Shown one piece after another: positions 14,248-29,114 of a stretch of DNA of 64,000 nt (the stretch's first letter is position 1; each line of letters begins with the position of its first letter). The stretch lies in NCBI GenBank assembly GCA_951406725.2, contig OX597815.1, positions 194,246,001 through 194,310,000 of the forward strand. The letters run 5' to 3'. The notes under the pieces are model-generated. The model ran no database searches, had not been told where the DNA came from, and was given only the letters and a program-made list of their open reading frames with translations. The translations under genes were made by a program, and so were the position numbers. This DNA is from Octopus vulgaris. Taxonomy: Eukaryota.

Positions 14248-14393
14248 TATACATACATATATACGGCGGGCTTCTTTCAGTTTCCGTCTACCAAATCCAT
14301 TCACAAGGCTTTGGTCGACTCGAGGCTATAGTAGAAGACACTTGCGTAAGGTGCCACGCAGTGGGACTGAACCCGGAACCATGTGGTTGGTAA
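13949..14393 (-). mobile_element. SINE-B
   Basis: Body and tail with an expanded (CA)n. Confidence 0.85.
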
Positions 14394-15555
14394 GGTTTTC
14401 TTCGCAACCCTGTTCTCAGTAGTTTTAAGCTAAGACAACTTACTTTTGGGAAGTAGTTCTGTTGAAAAGAAATCTAGAAAAGAGAACGTAAACCCGGATC
14501 TCCTGTAGGGTTAGCCTCAAAGCCATGGCCACGGAGGAGGTGACGGAATACAGAGCGTCTCAGGATGATTGTGGAGCATAGAAGAACCATTGATATATTA
14601 ACGATAATACCGGCACAATGGCTGTCGAGGAGATATCTTAATAAAACAACAGCCGACAGGCACGGCTTTATAGCTGTAGCTTTATCAAATCTCTCGGATA
14701 TAATGTTCAGCCATTGAACCAAACGAGCATTGTCAAATCTTATTTCATCTTACTTTATTTACATAAGATCTCAAGGAAGATCAAGAATTTGTTAATATAA
14801 TAAACGAAAGACTCGAGTTTATTTATCACGGTAGATTCGAATAAAGTGTTCTATGCCAACGTGGTATTTGAGAATGAACAATTCAGGTGATAATGCAAGC
14901 AAACACAAATGATACTGATGTCGAAGAAAATGCTTATCAAGTTAATGGTGATAACCACATCGACGCGATGATAAGGACGGTTGCTGAAAGAATAATGTTT
15001 TTGCATAGGCATAAAACCTGAAATTTTGAAGGAAGTGGCTAATCAACACCTTCGACTCCAATACATAACTGGTATTTTATTTTGTCGACCACGAAAGAAT
15101 ACATTATGATAACCGGTACTTCGCCCGTTGCTACGTTGTGTTCAAATTCCGCCGAGGTCAACTTTGCCTTTCGGAGTCGATAAATTATGTAACAGTTACG
15201 CACTGGGGTCAGTGTAATAGATTAACCTTCTCCCAAAAATTTCAGGCTTTGTGCCTGGAGTATAAAGGATTTGTTTGTTATTGTGTTGCGGCCAAGCTGG
15301 AGGAGTCACCTTCAAGGGTTTTTGTCGAACGGATCAACTCCAGTACTTATTTTCTTAAAGCTTGATACTTATTCTATAGGTGTCTCTTTTAACCGAACTA
15401 CTAAGTTATAGAGACGTAAACGAACCAACACCGGTCGTCAAGTGGTGAAGGTAGACAAACATACATATATATATGACAGGCTTCTTTCTGTTTTTGTAAA
15501 TACCACAAGGTATTTTCCGACGCTCTAGCGATTTAGTCGACTCACTGTCCTTAAT

Positions 15556-16152
15556 AACGGCTTCAAATTTTGGCACAAAGTCAGTAATTTCGGGCGATTG
15601 GCTAAGTCGATTACATCGACCCCAGTACTCAACTTATCGACCCTGAATGGATGAAAGACAAAGTCGACCTCGGTGGAATTTGAATTCAGAACGTAAAAAC
15701 GGACCAAACGCTGCTAAGCATTTTCCTGGCGCCTTAACGTTTCTTATTTCTTTACTGTCCACAAGGGGCTACACAGAGGGGACAAACAAGGACAAACAAA
15801 GGGATTAAGTCGATTACATCGACCCCAGTGTGTAACTGGTACTTATTTAATCGACCCCGAAAGGATGAAAGGCAAAGTCGACCTCGGCGTAATTTGAACT
15901 CAGAACGTAGCGGCAGACGAAATACCTGTTTCTTTATTGCCCACAGGGGGCTAAACATAGAGGGGACAAACAAGGACAGACAAAGGGATTAAGTCGATTA
16001 CATCGATCCCAGTGCGTAACTGGTACTTAATTTATCGACCCCGAACAGATGAAAGGCAAAGTCGACCTCAGCGGAATTTGAACTCACAACGTAAGGGCAG
16101 ACGAAATACGGCGACGCATTTCGCCCGGCGTGCTAACGTTTCTGCCACCCTG
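15556..16152 (-). mobile_element. SINE-C trimer
   Basis: Three core copies, with junctions at ~15740 and ~15925. Confidence 0.82.
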
Positions 16153-16840
16153 CTGCCTTCACTGCCATCAATAATGATAAATGTTTCAAATGTTGGCACA
16201 AAGCCAGTGCGAGTGTTCCTTCTTCCTTCTTTTGTTGTGGACCGAAAGCCCTTAAATGTTTTGTGTCACTGCATAAATAACACCTTAGCCTTCTGCCCGC
16301 AACCAACACGAACAATTGCAAAGCACTTGGCAGATTAATCAGGTTTGGGATCGCTTCCATACTTTTGTTTGGATCAAAAACTCCATCCCATGTTCTGACT
16401 AATTTACTATTTGCGGCTTGTGGGTTTGTAATATGCTTGTCATTTTCCTTCGATATCGAGCAAAAAGACAGCTACTAACCAGCAGATATCTATTTCTGAT
16501 GGAGCATCGATCACCTTTATATTTATATTTATCTCTCTCCGACCGAGGCAGATCGTTATGAAGACCTGTTCGGCACACTACAGAATTATTAGAGAATTTT
16601 TCTTGCCTTCTTCTTGGTCGGAAATCTCACTTCTGTGTTAAATGCTTTGGTACCTCAGATTAGTTTAAGACATTTTCCAGTTTGGTTTTGTGTCGCTTGT
16701 TTTACTTTTCCCGAAAGCAGTCCTAAACAACTATATATAATACTTTGTCGTGTGTCTTCTTGGACCTGTTGCGACATGCTTATGGGCTTCGTATATTTTA
16801 CCCCAGTGTCACTTTGATGGTATGCACTGATCTCTCACTC

Positions 16841-16887
<47 letters not shown>

Positions 16888-16890
<3 letters not shown>

Positions 16891-17369
16891 CGACAAAAAT
16901 CTTGCCTCCTTATTGATATGACTGTCCCAATTGACATAAATGTATCTGTCAAGACCTACTAAAAACTGAGCAAGTATAAAGATCTCGACATAGAAATTGG
17001 CAAAATGTGGAACCTCAAAACTAAAACAATACCTGTTGTCATAGCTGCCCTAGGAATGATAGCAAAAGGGGCTGATTCCTGCCTAGTTCAGATATCAGGA
17101 AACCCCAGAATAACAGAAATTCAAAAGATAGTGCTTATGGGAACTGCCCATATCCTACGTAAAATACTGTCTATGTAATCTCAAATTTTAAAACAAACTT
17201 ATAATTTTTTAATGTTTTCTTAAACATTCTCTAGAATAATACTACGTGCAAAACCAAATATATGACACCCTAGGCATAACACCAACATGAACTTCTAACT
17301 TGCTGTCTCTTGAGGTCTCTGGGTGAGAATTGGAGTCAACTTGTGCAAATAAAAAGCAAAAGTCAAACG

Positions 17370-17370
<1 letters not shown>
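16888..17370 (+). mobile_element. 5'-truncated R4/Dong-clade non-LTR retrotransposon in (TAA)n
   Basis: 16888-17178 translates to ...CLLIDMTVPIDINVSVKTY*KLSKYKDLDIEIGKMWNLKTKTIPVVIAALGMI...IQKIVLMGTAHILRKILSM*, the C-terminus of a restriction-like endonuclease. (TAA)n lies on both sides. Confidence 0.85.
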
Positions 17371-17428
<58 letters not shown>

Positions 17429-18003
17429 TAATAATAATAATAATAATGATCAGAATTCAAATTTTGACCAAAGATCAGCTATGTTTTAGGAGGAGGGTAT
17501 TAGCCGATTACATAGAACTAAGCACTTGTCTGGTACAACATTTTAATTTAGAGACTCCTAAAAGATGAAAGGCAAAGCTGACCTCGCCAGGAAATGAATT
17601 CATAACACGAAGATCTGTAACTAAAACACGGCAATTCATTTTGTCCGACACTATAGCGATTGTGTAATAACAACAATAACAACAATACTAAAGACAACGA
17701 CGATGACCTCGGCCACGACAACAACAATAACAACAACAATATCCTGGGAACATGAAAGCTGTAGGTCAAGAGAGCTGGTTAAGTTGACTCCGAGTGAAAT
17801 GTAAATATGAGATGAAGTGAAGTCTGTTCTGTTTGAAGAACACGTTCAGTAAGTCAACAGTTTGGTGATTAAAGTAAGTGGCGATCAATGAAGTCATTAC
17901 CTAATTACTTCCAGCTAATTATCTACGTGACCAACCAACAGGAAAATATACATATACACATATACTCATACATACATGCTTACATGCATACACACATGCA
18001 TAT

Positions 18004-18041
<38 letters not shown>

Positions 18042-18051
18042 ATCATCATTA

Positions 18052-18430
18052 TTATTACCTCCGTCTTAGCGAAGGCGGAGGTATTGTTTTCAGTTGTATT
18101 TGTTTGTTTCTTTGTTTGTCCGTAGACAAGATATCTCAAGAACCGCTCGATGGATTCGGATGAAACTTTCAGGGATGTTTGTCCCAGTTACTGTCACGAA
18201 CTGATTAGATTTTGGGATCGGTCCGGTAGCGAACAAGGATTCTGGATTATATTTCCTGTTCTTTTTACTTAATTTTCGAGAGCGGTCGGGCTCATTTTTA
18301 GTATTCTCGTTTGTGAGAGCAGTCGAGTATATTTCAGATATTCTCATTTTAAAAATCATCTCAGGCTAACTGTTGAGAGGATGTTGGTGTTGCCTTGACG
18401 GAGGTTTGTGCTCTCTGAGTGCTCTTGTTA
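18052..18430 (+). mobile_element. Helentron-associated (HINE/DINE-1-like) element
   Basis: 5' subTIR ACCTCCGTC with a nearby inverted copy GGCGGAGGT, a (TGTT)n tract, 3' subTIR GACGGAGGT, a 3' stem-loop GTGCTC-tct-GAGTGC and T-rich flanks. Confidence 0.7.
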
Positions 18431-18449
18431 TTATTATTATGGAGATATT

Positions 18450-18920
<471 letters not shown>

Positions 18921-19320
18921 GAGTATAGTTTTCGGATCACAGAAGAAGACATCTCGATGCAAATATCAATGTATGTAAATGAGAGAGTACAAAAGAGATT
19001 ACAGAAATAATGCTTTATCTTACGCTTAATATGCAAAACTAGCTGGCCCCGTGCCATCAAAAATGACGGCTAATTGTTGTATTTTATACATAAATATGGA
19101 TGTTCAATCAAATGAATACACTTGTCAATATCATCTGGTGGTTGTCTTTTGGGATGTGACATCAATCAGCGTTTGTTACTGAAAGAACGCTAGTTCACAC
19201 ATACAAACATTCACATACTTCCCTTGTACACGCACACGCATACACACATACTCACACGGAGTTGAAACGCGGTTTGATTTTTCTTTTCAGCGTTGAATGT
19301 TCACCATCCCACTTCCATTG

Positions 19321-19381
<61 letters not shown>

Positions 19382-19671
19382 ACAGTGTGTGCTGGAAATA
19401 GTAAACAAATATCCCTTCAGTGACATTTGAATTCAGAGCGAAAGAACCGTCACTAAATCGTTACAAAGAAGCGCGTCAATATGGCCGCTTGACCTGCTGG
19501 AAATAGTAAGCAAATATCCCTCGAATCAGACAGAATCGTCTAAGAAAAGGAATCGTTGTACAATGTGGTTCTAGGTTTCCTGCACATAGAAAAACGACGG
19601 GATGGTCACGCCTGGCTTATAAATCTGCTCAATCAGGGCGCATATAGGGCTAAGCAAAAAGACAATAACAA

Positions 19672-19706
19672 TTACTACTACTACTACTACTACCACCACC
19701 ACCACC

Positions 19707-19764
<58 letters not shown>

Positions 19765-19797
19765 GCACTGCTGCCGCTGCTGCTGCTGCTGCTGCTC
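19672..19797. repeat. Compound trinucleotide repeat (CTA)n(CCA)n(CTA)n(CTG)n
   Basis: Seen directly in the sequence. Confidence 0.95.
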
Positions 19798-20930
19798 TCA
19801 TGCCTTCTCGTCACTCCTACTGCGTCTCACTACCAAGGCTTCGCACCAACTACTTTGCCCATTCTTTCCTCTACCGACCATCCAGTTACTTGAGAAAAAT
19901 ATAGCTTCTATTTTCAGCTGACCGAGTGACCACATCGTAGCTCACTCGCTAGGTCATCCGTTTAAAGTATTACCCATATGAGTCCTTGCGCTCGACTCTG
20001 GAAGCTAATACCCCCCCACACACACACACAAAGACACGTAGTAATAAACATACACACACCAGCTATATAGTGTTTATATTTCTTACAGATGAAAACTTTA
20101 CAATCTAATGGTGCCAGTTTACAGACTAGTGCGCTGAGCCACTGAACTGAATGTCATGTGTTATAAACGAAGATGTGAGAGCAAAGAGCCAGCAGTCTGA
20201 CGAGTTAATGACACGGATAGATGCCGTTCTGTCACGCCAAACAGATGAAACCCGTGTGTAAAGAGCCAGGCATTTCATTTAGAAACCTAAAAGCAAGCAA
20301 ACAATAATAACAACAACTAGAACTGTACCAAAAAACAAAGAAGAAAAATCTGCATCAAATTTCAATCAACCATAAAAATAACACACACTTTCAAACCGTC
20401 ATCACCACTTGAAACTTGTGTGATGTACAACAAAAACAAAAAGATAATGAAAATATATATCCTATTTTAGTATACATCTAAAGGAAAATTTTGCATTATC
20501 TCGCTACACATGACTGAACAGAAGAAATTCTCACCTGAGGTGCAGGTGCATGGAGACGATACGATTATGCAAGCTACCGTCATATCGTAAAAGAATTTGC
20601 TGTATCTCACTAGACACATGTCTGAATATTTGCCTCTGTAAATTAACCGTGAATCTCTGGTATTACTCCTATCCACTTGTTAAATATTTCAGTCGGTGGA
20701 TTGAAGTGGTGATGACATTTACCAAGCTGCTTGACTCGAACATTATCATTTCTGTTTTTTCTTTTTTTGTTAACGCTCTGCCTTGCACTTTTACTCTCTG
20801 GGTTCACTTACGATAGACTAATAAACATGTGTATTAATGTCATCAAAGCATTCTCAAAATTTTCGACAGAGGAAGGTTGTTTGTAACTGATACCGTATCA
20901 TGCTGTACAACTACTGCACTGGACAGCACG

Positions 20931-21025
<95 letters not shown>

Positions 21026-21148
21026 ACACATGCACACACATACGGATACATATATATTTATATGTATGAATATATGTATGTATATAGGTATGTATGTATG
21101 CATGTATGTGTGTGCGTATATATATGTATATATCTCTCTATCTCTCTC

Positions 21149-21264
<116 letters not shown>

Positions 21265-21551
21265 CATGTTCAGGTATGCAACAGATGAGGAGATTGACAA
21301 AGGTAAACAGTCTAGATTGACTTTTAGTTCTTGCACGGAATCAGTTTCTGAATTATTACAAACACAGAAGGGTGCTCAATACACGACCGTGGCAGAAGTG
21401 TGTGGAATCTGGAAATATATCTCTACGGGCATTATTTATGGTTTTACTCTTCATCACACAGAGTTCCACACAATTCCCTTGGCACGAAGCCATCACCGAT
21501 TATCGAAAGGAAAAGAAGAGATATTGGCTTGTAGCGTAATTGTTATGAAAT

Positions 21552-21990
21552 AGGCGCAGGAGTGGCTGTGTGGTAAGTAGCTTGCTAACCAACCACATGG
21601 TTCCGGGTTCAGTCCCACTGCGTGGCATCTTGGGCAAGTGTCTTCTGCTATGGCTCCAGGCCGACCAATGCCTTGTGAGTGCATTTGGTAGACGGAAACT
21701 GAAAGAAGCCTGTCGTATATATGTATATATATATATGTGTTCGTGTGTCTGTGTTTGTGTGTCTGTGTTTGTGTGTCTGTGTTTGTCCCCCTAGCATTGC
21801 CTGACAACCGATGCTGGTGTGTTTATGTCCCCGTTATTTAGCGGTTCGGCAAAAAAGAGACCGATAGAATAAGTACTGAGCTTACAAAGAATAAGTTCCG
21901 GGGTCGATTTCCTCGACTAAAGGCGGTGCTCCAGCATGGCCGCAGTCAAATGACTGAAACAAGTAAAAGAGTAAAGAGTAAAGAGAGTAA
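21552..21990 (+). mobile_element. SINE-B
   Basis: Full length. Confidence 0.88.
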
Positions 21991-22136
21991 ATTATCGGCA
22001 CTGTCAGCCGGAGTTTTATCCAGCATGTCAGGTAATTCCTTCTTAAAGTTATTTAATACAAAAGCCAAGAGGAGATGAAACTTCTTATTTAGAGTCGAGT
22101 TGGGGGTTTTGGACTTTGAAAACTTATTTTTACCGT

Positions 22137-22714
22137 AGGAGTGGTTGTGTGGTAAGTAGCTTGCTTACCAGCCACATGGTTCCGGGTTCAGTCCCACTGC
22201 GTGGCAAGTTGAGCAAGGGTCTTCTACTATAGCCTCGGGCCGACCAAAGCCTTGTGAGTGGATTTGGTAGACGGAAACTGAAAGAAGCCCGTCGTATATA
22301 TATATATATTTTCTTTTACTCGTTTCAGTCAGTTGACTGCGGCCATGCTGGAGCACCGCCTTTAGTTGAGCAAATCGACTCCAGAACTTATTTTTTGGAA
22401 GTCTAGTACTTATTCTATCGGTCTATTTTGTCGAACCGCTAAGTTACAGGGACTGAAACACACCAGCATCGGTTGTCAAGCGATGTTGGGGAAACAAACA
22501 CAGGCACACAAACATATACACATACATACATACATACATATATATACATATATACGACGGGCTTCTTTCAGTTTCCGTCTACCAAATCCACTCACAAGGT
22601 TTTCGTCAGCCCGAGGCTATAGTAGAAGACACTTGCCCAGAGTGCCACACAGCGGGACTGAATCCGAACCATGTGGTTGGTAAGCAAACTACATACCACA
22701 CAGCCACTCCTGCG

Positions 22715-22791
<77 letters not shown>

Positions 22792-22992
22792 TTGTCCCCC
22801 CAACATCGCTTGACAATCGATGCTGGTGTGTTTACGTCCCCGTAACTTAGCGGTTCGGCAAAAGAAACCGTTAGAATAAGTACTAGGCTTACAAAGAATA
22901 AGTCCTCGGGTCGATTTGCGCTCGACTAAAGGCGGTGCTCCAGCATGGCCACAGTCAAATGAATGAAACAAGTAAAAGAGTAAAAGAGTAAA
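22137..22992. mobile_element. SINE-B (+) with a complete SINE-B (-) inserted into its internal (TA)n
   Basis: Plus head 22137-22300, minus copy 22310-22717 and plus tail 22750-22992. Confidence 0.85.
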
Positions 22993-23214
22993 GGAGTATG
23001 TAAAATAGGATTTCAAAGAAACCTCCATTTCTTTAAATTAGATTTACAAAGGAACCAAACCGATCTAAGGTCAAAAATTATATTTTCCAGTTTACTTCAT
23101 TTTCTTCCTTTTGCTTCTGTTAAATATATTTTGGTAATAAATACAGAATTATATTTCTTGGATGAGAACTGGCGAAAGCTGTTGTGCTACTGGAGTCGTA
23201 TTTTAAACAGATTT

Positions 23215-23597
23215 GTGGAGGTGCAATGGCCCAGTGGTTAGGGCAGCGGACTTGCGGTCATAGGATCGCGGTTTCGATTCCCAGACCGGGCGTTGTGAGT
23301 GTTTATTGAGCGAAAACACCTAAAGCTCCACGAGGCTCCGGCAGAGGATGGTGGTGATCCCTGCTGTACTCTTTCACCACAACTTTCTCTCACTCTTACT
23401 TCCTGTTTCTGTTGTACCTGTATTTCAAAGGGCCGGCCTTGTCACTCTCTGTGTCACGCTGAATATCCCCGAGAACTACGTTAAGGGTACACGTGTCTGT
23501 GGAGTGCTCAGCCACTTACACGTTAATTTCACGAGCAGGCTGTTCCGTTGATCGGATCAACCGGAACCCTCATCGTCGTAACCGACGGAGTGCTTCC
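23215..23597 (+). mobile_element. SINE-A, tail type 1, full length
   Basis: A and B boxes, and a 15-bp TSD ATTTTAAACAGATTT (23200-14 / 23598-612). Confidence 0.92.
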
Positions 23598-24181
23598 ATT
23601 TTAAACAGATTTAATGCAACGCTTTATATTGCTGTTATAAGCTTATCGTCTTCTTTATCTTCACACTAAACAATAAGTTTATGACAAAGCTTTCCCTTCA
23701 CCATAAAGCAGAGCTATACATTGCTATAATTGCGCATAAATCTAGTAAATTAGGTATCATATAGACAGATTTAAGCATTATACTGTCAAGTATCGCCATG
23801 CAATCAAATCAGTTTGATGATGGTTTGGTTGAACCATAGTCGAAATGCGTGGATCACAGGAAAATGTTTATCGATTTAGAGACGGTTTTTCCCGCTAATC
23901 TCGATTTTTATCCTATCGTAACGACAGGAGTGTTTTAAAAGATGCTTGTACTGTTTCTGGGCTTTCAAAAACATTCTTGCCGTTTCAGATGTCACTGAAT
24001 CAAATTCTTTTCGTACCATTGCCTTTCTGAGTTCGAATCCATTGACTATGGGTTTCATTCTTTTGGGGTTGATAAAATAATTTACCTGTTAAATACTGGG
24101 GCCTATATGATTTGCTATATCCCTTCCATAAAATGTATCGTCTCGTACCTTTGGTAGAAATAAATTTTCTGCGATATTATT

Positions 24182-25068
24182 GTATTTATTTCTTTATTGC
24201 CCACAGGAGGCTACACATAGAGAGGACAAACAAGGACAGACAAAGGGATTAAGTCGATTACATCGACCCCAGTGCGTAACTGGTACTTATTTAATCAACC
24301 CCGAGAGGATGAAAGGCAAAGTTGAACTCGGCGGAATTTGAACTCAAAACATAACGGCACACGAAATACCGCTAGGCATTTCACCCGGCGTGCTATCGAT
24401 TCTTATTTCTTTATTGCCCACAAGGGGCTAAACATAGAGGCGACAAACAAGGACAGACAAAGGGATTAAGTCGATTACATCGACCCCAGTGCGTAACTGG
24501 TACTTATTTAATCGACCCCGAAAAGATGAAAGGCAAAGTTGAACTCGGCGGAATTTGAACTCAAAACATAACGGCACACGAAATACCGCTAGGCATTTCA
24601 CCCGGCGTGCTATCGATTCTTATTTCTTTATTGCCCACAAGGGGCTAAACATAGAGGCGACAAACAAGGACAGACAAAGGGATTAAGTCGATTACATCGA
24701 CCCCAGTGCGTAACTGGTACTTATTTAATCAACCCCGAGAGGATGAAAGGCAAAGTTGAACTCGGCGGAATTTGAACTCAAAACATAACGGCACACGAAA
24801 TACCGCTAGGCATTTCACCCGGCGTGCTATCGATTCTTATTTCTTTATTGCCCACAAGGGGCTAAACATAGAGGCGACAAACAAGGACAGACAAAGGGAT
24901 TAAGTCGATTACATCGACCCCAGTGCGTAACTGGTACTTATTTAATCGACCCCAAAAAGATGAAAGGCAAAGTTGAACTCGGCGGAATTTGAACTCAGAA
25001 CGTAAGGGCAGACGAAATACCGCTAGGCATTTCGCCCGGCGTGCTAACGATTCTGCCAGCTCGCCGCC
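24182..25068 (-). mobile_element. SINE-C tetramer (4 x 217 bp) with a single 13-bp TSD
   Basis: ttgcccaca occurs at 24197, 24414, 24631 and 24848. CTGCGATATTATT flanks the array at 24169-81 and 25069-81. Confidence 0.9.
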
Positions 25069-25081
25069 CTGCGATATTATT

Positions 25082-25608
25082 TTATTCTAGTGTACAACCG
25101 CGCCTAGAACAATGTATCCCCATGAGGTCTACCCACATCATCCAAAACATTACGAGAGCTGAATTACCCCGACAGTATATATTAGATAAATAAAAGGTAT
25201 GACTGATCTTGGTTATTGGGACCGCCTCAAAACATTGAATGTTTATTCTCTCCAGCGCCGCAGTGGGCGCTTCATCATTTGCGCAATGTAGAGAATATAC
25301 CACCAGCATTGCCCATACGACCTTAAAATTAGATTCAAAATTCATCCAAGGTTGAGCCCACATATCACACGCTCCCAGCACAATTCAGGTCCACAAGACA
25401 TAAATTCACTGCAATATAATTTCTTTTTCCTCCGCAGGGCGCAGGAGTGGCTGTGTGTTAAGTAGCTTGCTTACCAACTACATGGTTCCGGGTTCAGTCC
25501 CACTGCGTGGCACCTTGGGCAAATGTCTTCTACTATAGCCTCGGGCCGACCAAAGCCTTGTGAGTGGATTTGGTAGACGGAAACTGAAAGAAGCCTGTCG
25601 TATATATT

Positions 25609-25639
<31 letters not shown>

Positions 25640-26100
25640 ATATGTTTGAGGGTCTGTGTTTGTCCCCCCACCAACATCGCTTGACAACCGATGCTGGTGT
25701 GTTTATATCCCCGTAACTTAGCGGTTCGGCAAGAGAGACCGATAGACTAAGTACTAGGCTTACAAAGAATAAATCCTGGGGCCGATTTGCTCGAATAAAG
25801 GCGGTGCTCCAGCATGGCCGCAATCAAATGAATGAAACAAATAAAAGAAAAAGAACCTGCTCTATTTAACATTATCCAGAAACAAATCGATGGAGACAAA
25901 AATCCGATCACCTTCAAATGCAACGCGGACAAATTTCTTCAAGATATATCAGATAAGCCACACCAAATCCCTACTTGAATGAACCATGATGCCACAAAAC
26001 CTGACTTTAAAATGACTTAATAGATTCTATCAGGTGATGCTATCGAGTCAGTCAGACATGTCCTGGGACCAATCTTTGGCCGAAATATATCTAAGTTATT
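25082..26100 (+). mobile_element. Degenerate CR1/L2-type LINE 3' fragment interrupted by SINE-B
   Basis: VQPRLE...IKGMTDLGYWDRLKTLNVYSLQRR, then after the SINE PALFNII...FKCNADKFLQDISD; typical of post-RT regions in CR1-group LINEs. Confidence 0.65.
25438..25852 (+). mobile_element. SINE-B
   Basis: Full length, inside the LINE relic. Confidence 0.88.
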
Positions 26101-26453
26101 CAAGTTGTTTATTTGTATTGAACAGTACATCTTTACTGAAAGAGAAATATTTTGTACTTGTTTGCTTCGGGGCCAGTGCTAAGCAAGAAGACCTACGGCC
26201 AAGCGCATTTCAGCAATGACCATGCCGACATTTTCCAGGCTGATGCATCGTTTCCCACTATCATTCCTTTTATTTTTTAATGCAATATAGCATATGATAA
26301 GACCAATATTTGGCTGCGATTTCTAACAAGTCTTGTGAGCGCAGCGCACGTAAAGGCTCCTCACCACTGATCCGAAGAGAACTGCGTTTATTCTTCTCGT
26401 TTACTCTTCGAATAATTTGTGTTTACGACGTTCATAGACTGTTTGGACTTTGA

Positions 26454-26845
<392 letters not shown>

Positions 26846-27418
26846 ACAGATCATTTAATGACAATTTTAAATGAATCGAATCTTTACAGCATCCAAGCGT
26901 AATAATGCAAAAGTGTTTTAGTTTCCTAACAGCCGAAAAAAAAAAAAAAAAAAAACAGAAAAAAAAGAAAAAGATGTCAACTCTCTACTTCTGAAAGGAA
27001 CCGAATCATGACATTCCACTCAATTACTAGAACGCAAAAGTGCCGCTAATTGTGGAAAAAATGTTCAATAGTTCACATTCATAAGTAATTACTTTATCTG
27101 CTATGTAAACGCTGACATGTGATTAGCTATTTCTGAAGCATAGATCTTGAAAAATTTCTAAGCGAATGAACACGAGATGAGAATCTGCATAATGTCAAGG
27201 AACTAACACTCGGATTTACTGAGATATATTGAAGCGGCTCATATTGAAACGGTACACATATACCCGCGCGCACGCACACACACACACACATAAACACACA
27301 CATAGACATACACGCACACACACACACGCACGCACATAGACACATGCGAACACACACAATGACAGACACACATACACGGACACACGGACACAGACGTTTT
27401 GATAAATATTGCTATTAA

Positions 27419-27462
<44 letters not shown>

Positions 27463-27472
27463 GTTCATACAT

Positions 27473-27593
<121 letters not shown>

Positions 27594-27917
27594 GTATATA
27601 TATATATATATATACATATATACATATTCATCTCTGCTTATTGCAGTTCTGGTCTATGTATACAAGTATGAATGCGTGTATGTATGTATGAGTGCGTGTG
27701 TGTGCATGCGTGTGTGTGTGTGTGTGCGTGCATGCGTGTATGTGTGTGTTGTGTATTTGTGAGTGTGTGTGTTTGTGTGTGTTCTGGTTTTTATTTCACA
27801 AATTTCTCGCCTATATTGAGAGAGCCAGTTTCCAACCAAGAAACAAGGTTTTTTAAAATTAGAATTTAAACAACATCAGCTAGGGAGTTATGTATATATG
27901 CATGTATCTGAATATAT

Positions 27918-28348
27918 TCGACTTAATCCGTTTGTCTGTCCTTGTTTGTCCTCTGTGTTTAGCCCCTTGTGGGTAGTTAAGAAATAGGTATTTCGTCTGC
28001 CGCTACATTCTGAGTTCATATTGCGCAAAGGTCGACTCTACTTTTCATCCTTTCGGGGTCGATAAATTAAGTACCAGTTACGCACTGGGGTCGATACAAT
28101 CGACTTAATCTGTTTGTCTGCCCTTGTTTGTCCCCTCTGTGTTTAGTCCCTTGTGGGTAGTAAAGAAATAGAAATAGGTATTTCGTCCGTCGCTACGTTC
28201 TGAGTTCAAATTGCGCAAAGGTCGACTCTACTTTTCATCCTTTCGGTGTCGATAAATTAAGTACCAGTTACGCACTGAGGTCGGTGTAATCGGCTGTCCC
28301 CGTCTCCCAAATTTATTTTAGACATTGTGCCTAAAATAGAAAGGATTA
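27918..28348 (+). mobile_element. SINE-C multimer (5' truncated)
   Basis: Junctions gaaataggtatttcg at ~27981 and ~28171. Confidence 0.82.
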
Positions 28349-28526
28349 TTTGTAACTGTAATTTTCTAATCAGCCATGACCTTTCTGTTAAATAATGCTC
28401 AGGTTTTTCAAGACAAATTGAGGAAATCGGTTACATAACAAAATACGCCAATGATAACAGCTAAAAATCTAAGGTTATAGTCCGGATGTATCTGTTGACT
28501 CATTATTTCAACATAAATATTCTATA

Positions 28527-28901
28527 CTAGCACTATGACCTGGCAACGCCGAGTCATAGTGCTAGTGCATGCATATACAGCTGCGTGCGTGCGCACATAC
28601 ACGCGAGTACTGTCCAAATCTCCGACCAATCACATATAGCTAGCTGGCATTCCATTGGCGTATCAAGTTTCGGGCATTTTGATTGGGTTTTGGATAGAAA
28701 ATTCACAAAAAGTCACTTCTATTGATTTTTTAATGGCTTTGCGGGGTGACTGGGGAAATGTAATGATGTGCACGATCACCCTTGGACGGTTTTGAATGAC
28801 CATAGAAAGTACGAGCCCTCTAACTGAAAAATTGTGGATTTGTATAAAGGACATGCACACACACACACAGACAGACATTTTGCCGTTTATATATATATAG
28901 A
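28527..28901 (-). mobile_element. Non-autonomous Helitron, 375 bp
   Basis: Minus strand reads A|TCTATATATATATAAACGGC...CTAG|T. It has a 3' hairpin (ctagcactatgac...gtcatagtgctag, 28527-28565), no TSD and an internal GTCT/GT microsatellite. Confidence 0.75.
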
Positions 28902-29114
28902 TACTAGTAAAATAAAATATGTACCAATCCAGAAACCGCAAATTTGCTATCAAGGGTAGAAATTTGCCCCATTTTGGAAACCTTTGGTATAAAGTATTCA
29001 ATTGGAGTCAGGTTTTATTTTTCAATCAGTATGCTAACACAAACGTTTACGAGTCTGTGAGAAAGAAATTACAACGTGGCCACGCGACCTGCTAGAAATA
29101 GCGCCTAAATCTTA

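Noticed and set aside
19556-19921. Poly-Ala/Val or poly-Tyr/His/Cys protein exon
   Set aside because: Compound trinucleotide microsatellite with no domain; the flanking spondin exons join without it.
23215-23290. Functional tRNA gene
   Set aside because: A and B boxes are present, but there is no proper acceptor stem and the sequence continues into a SINE body with a TSD.
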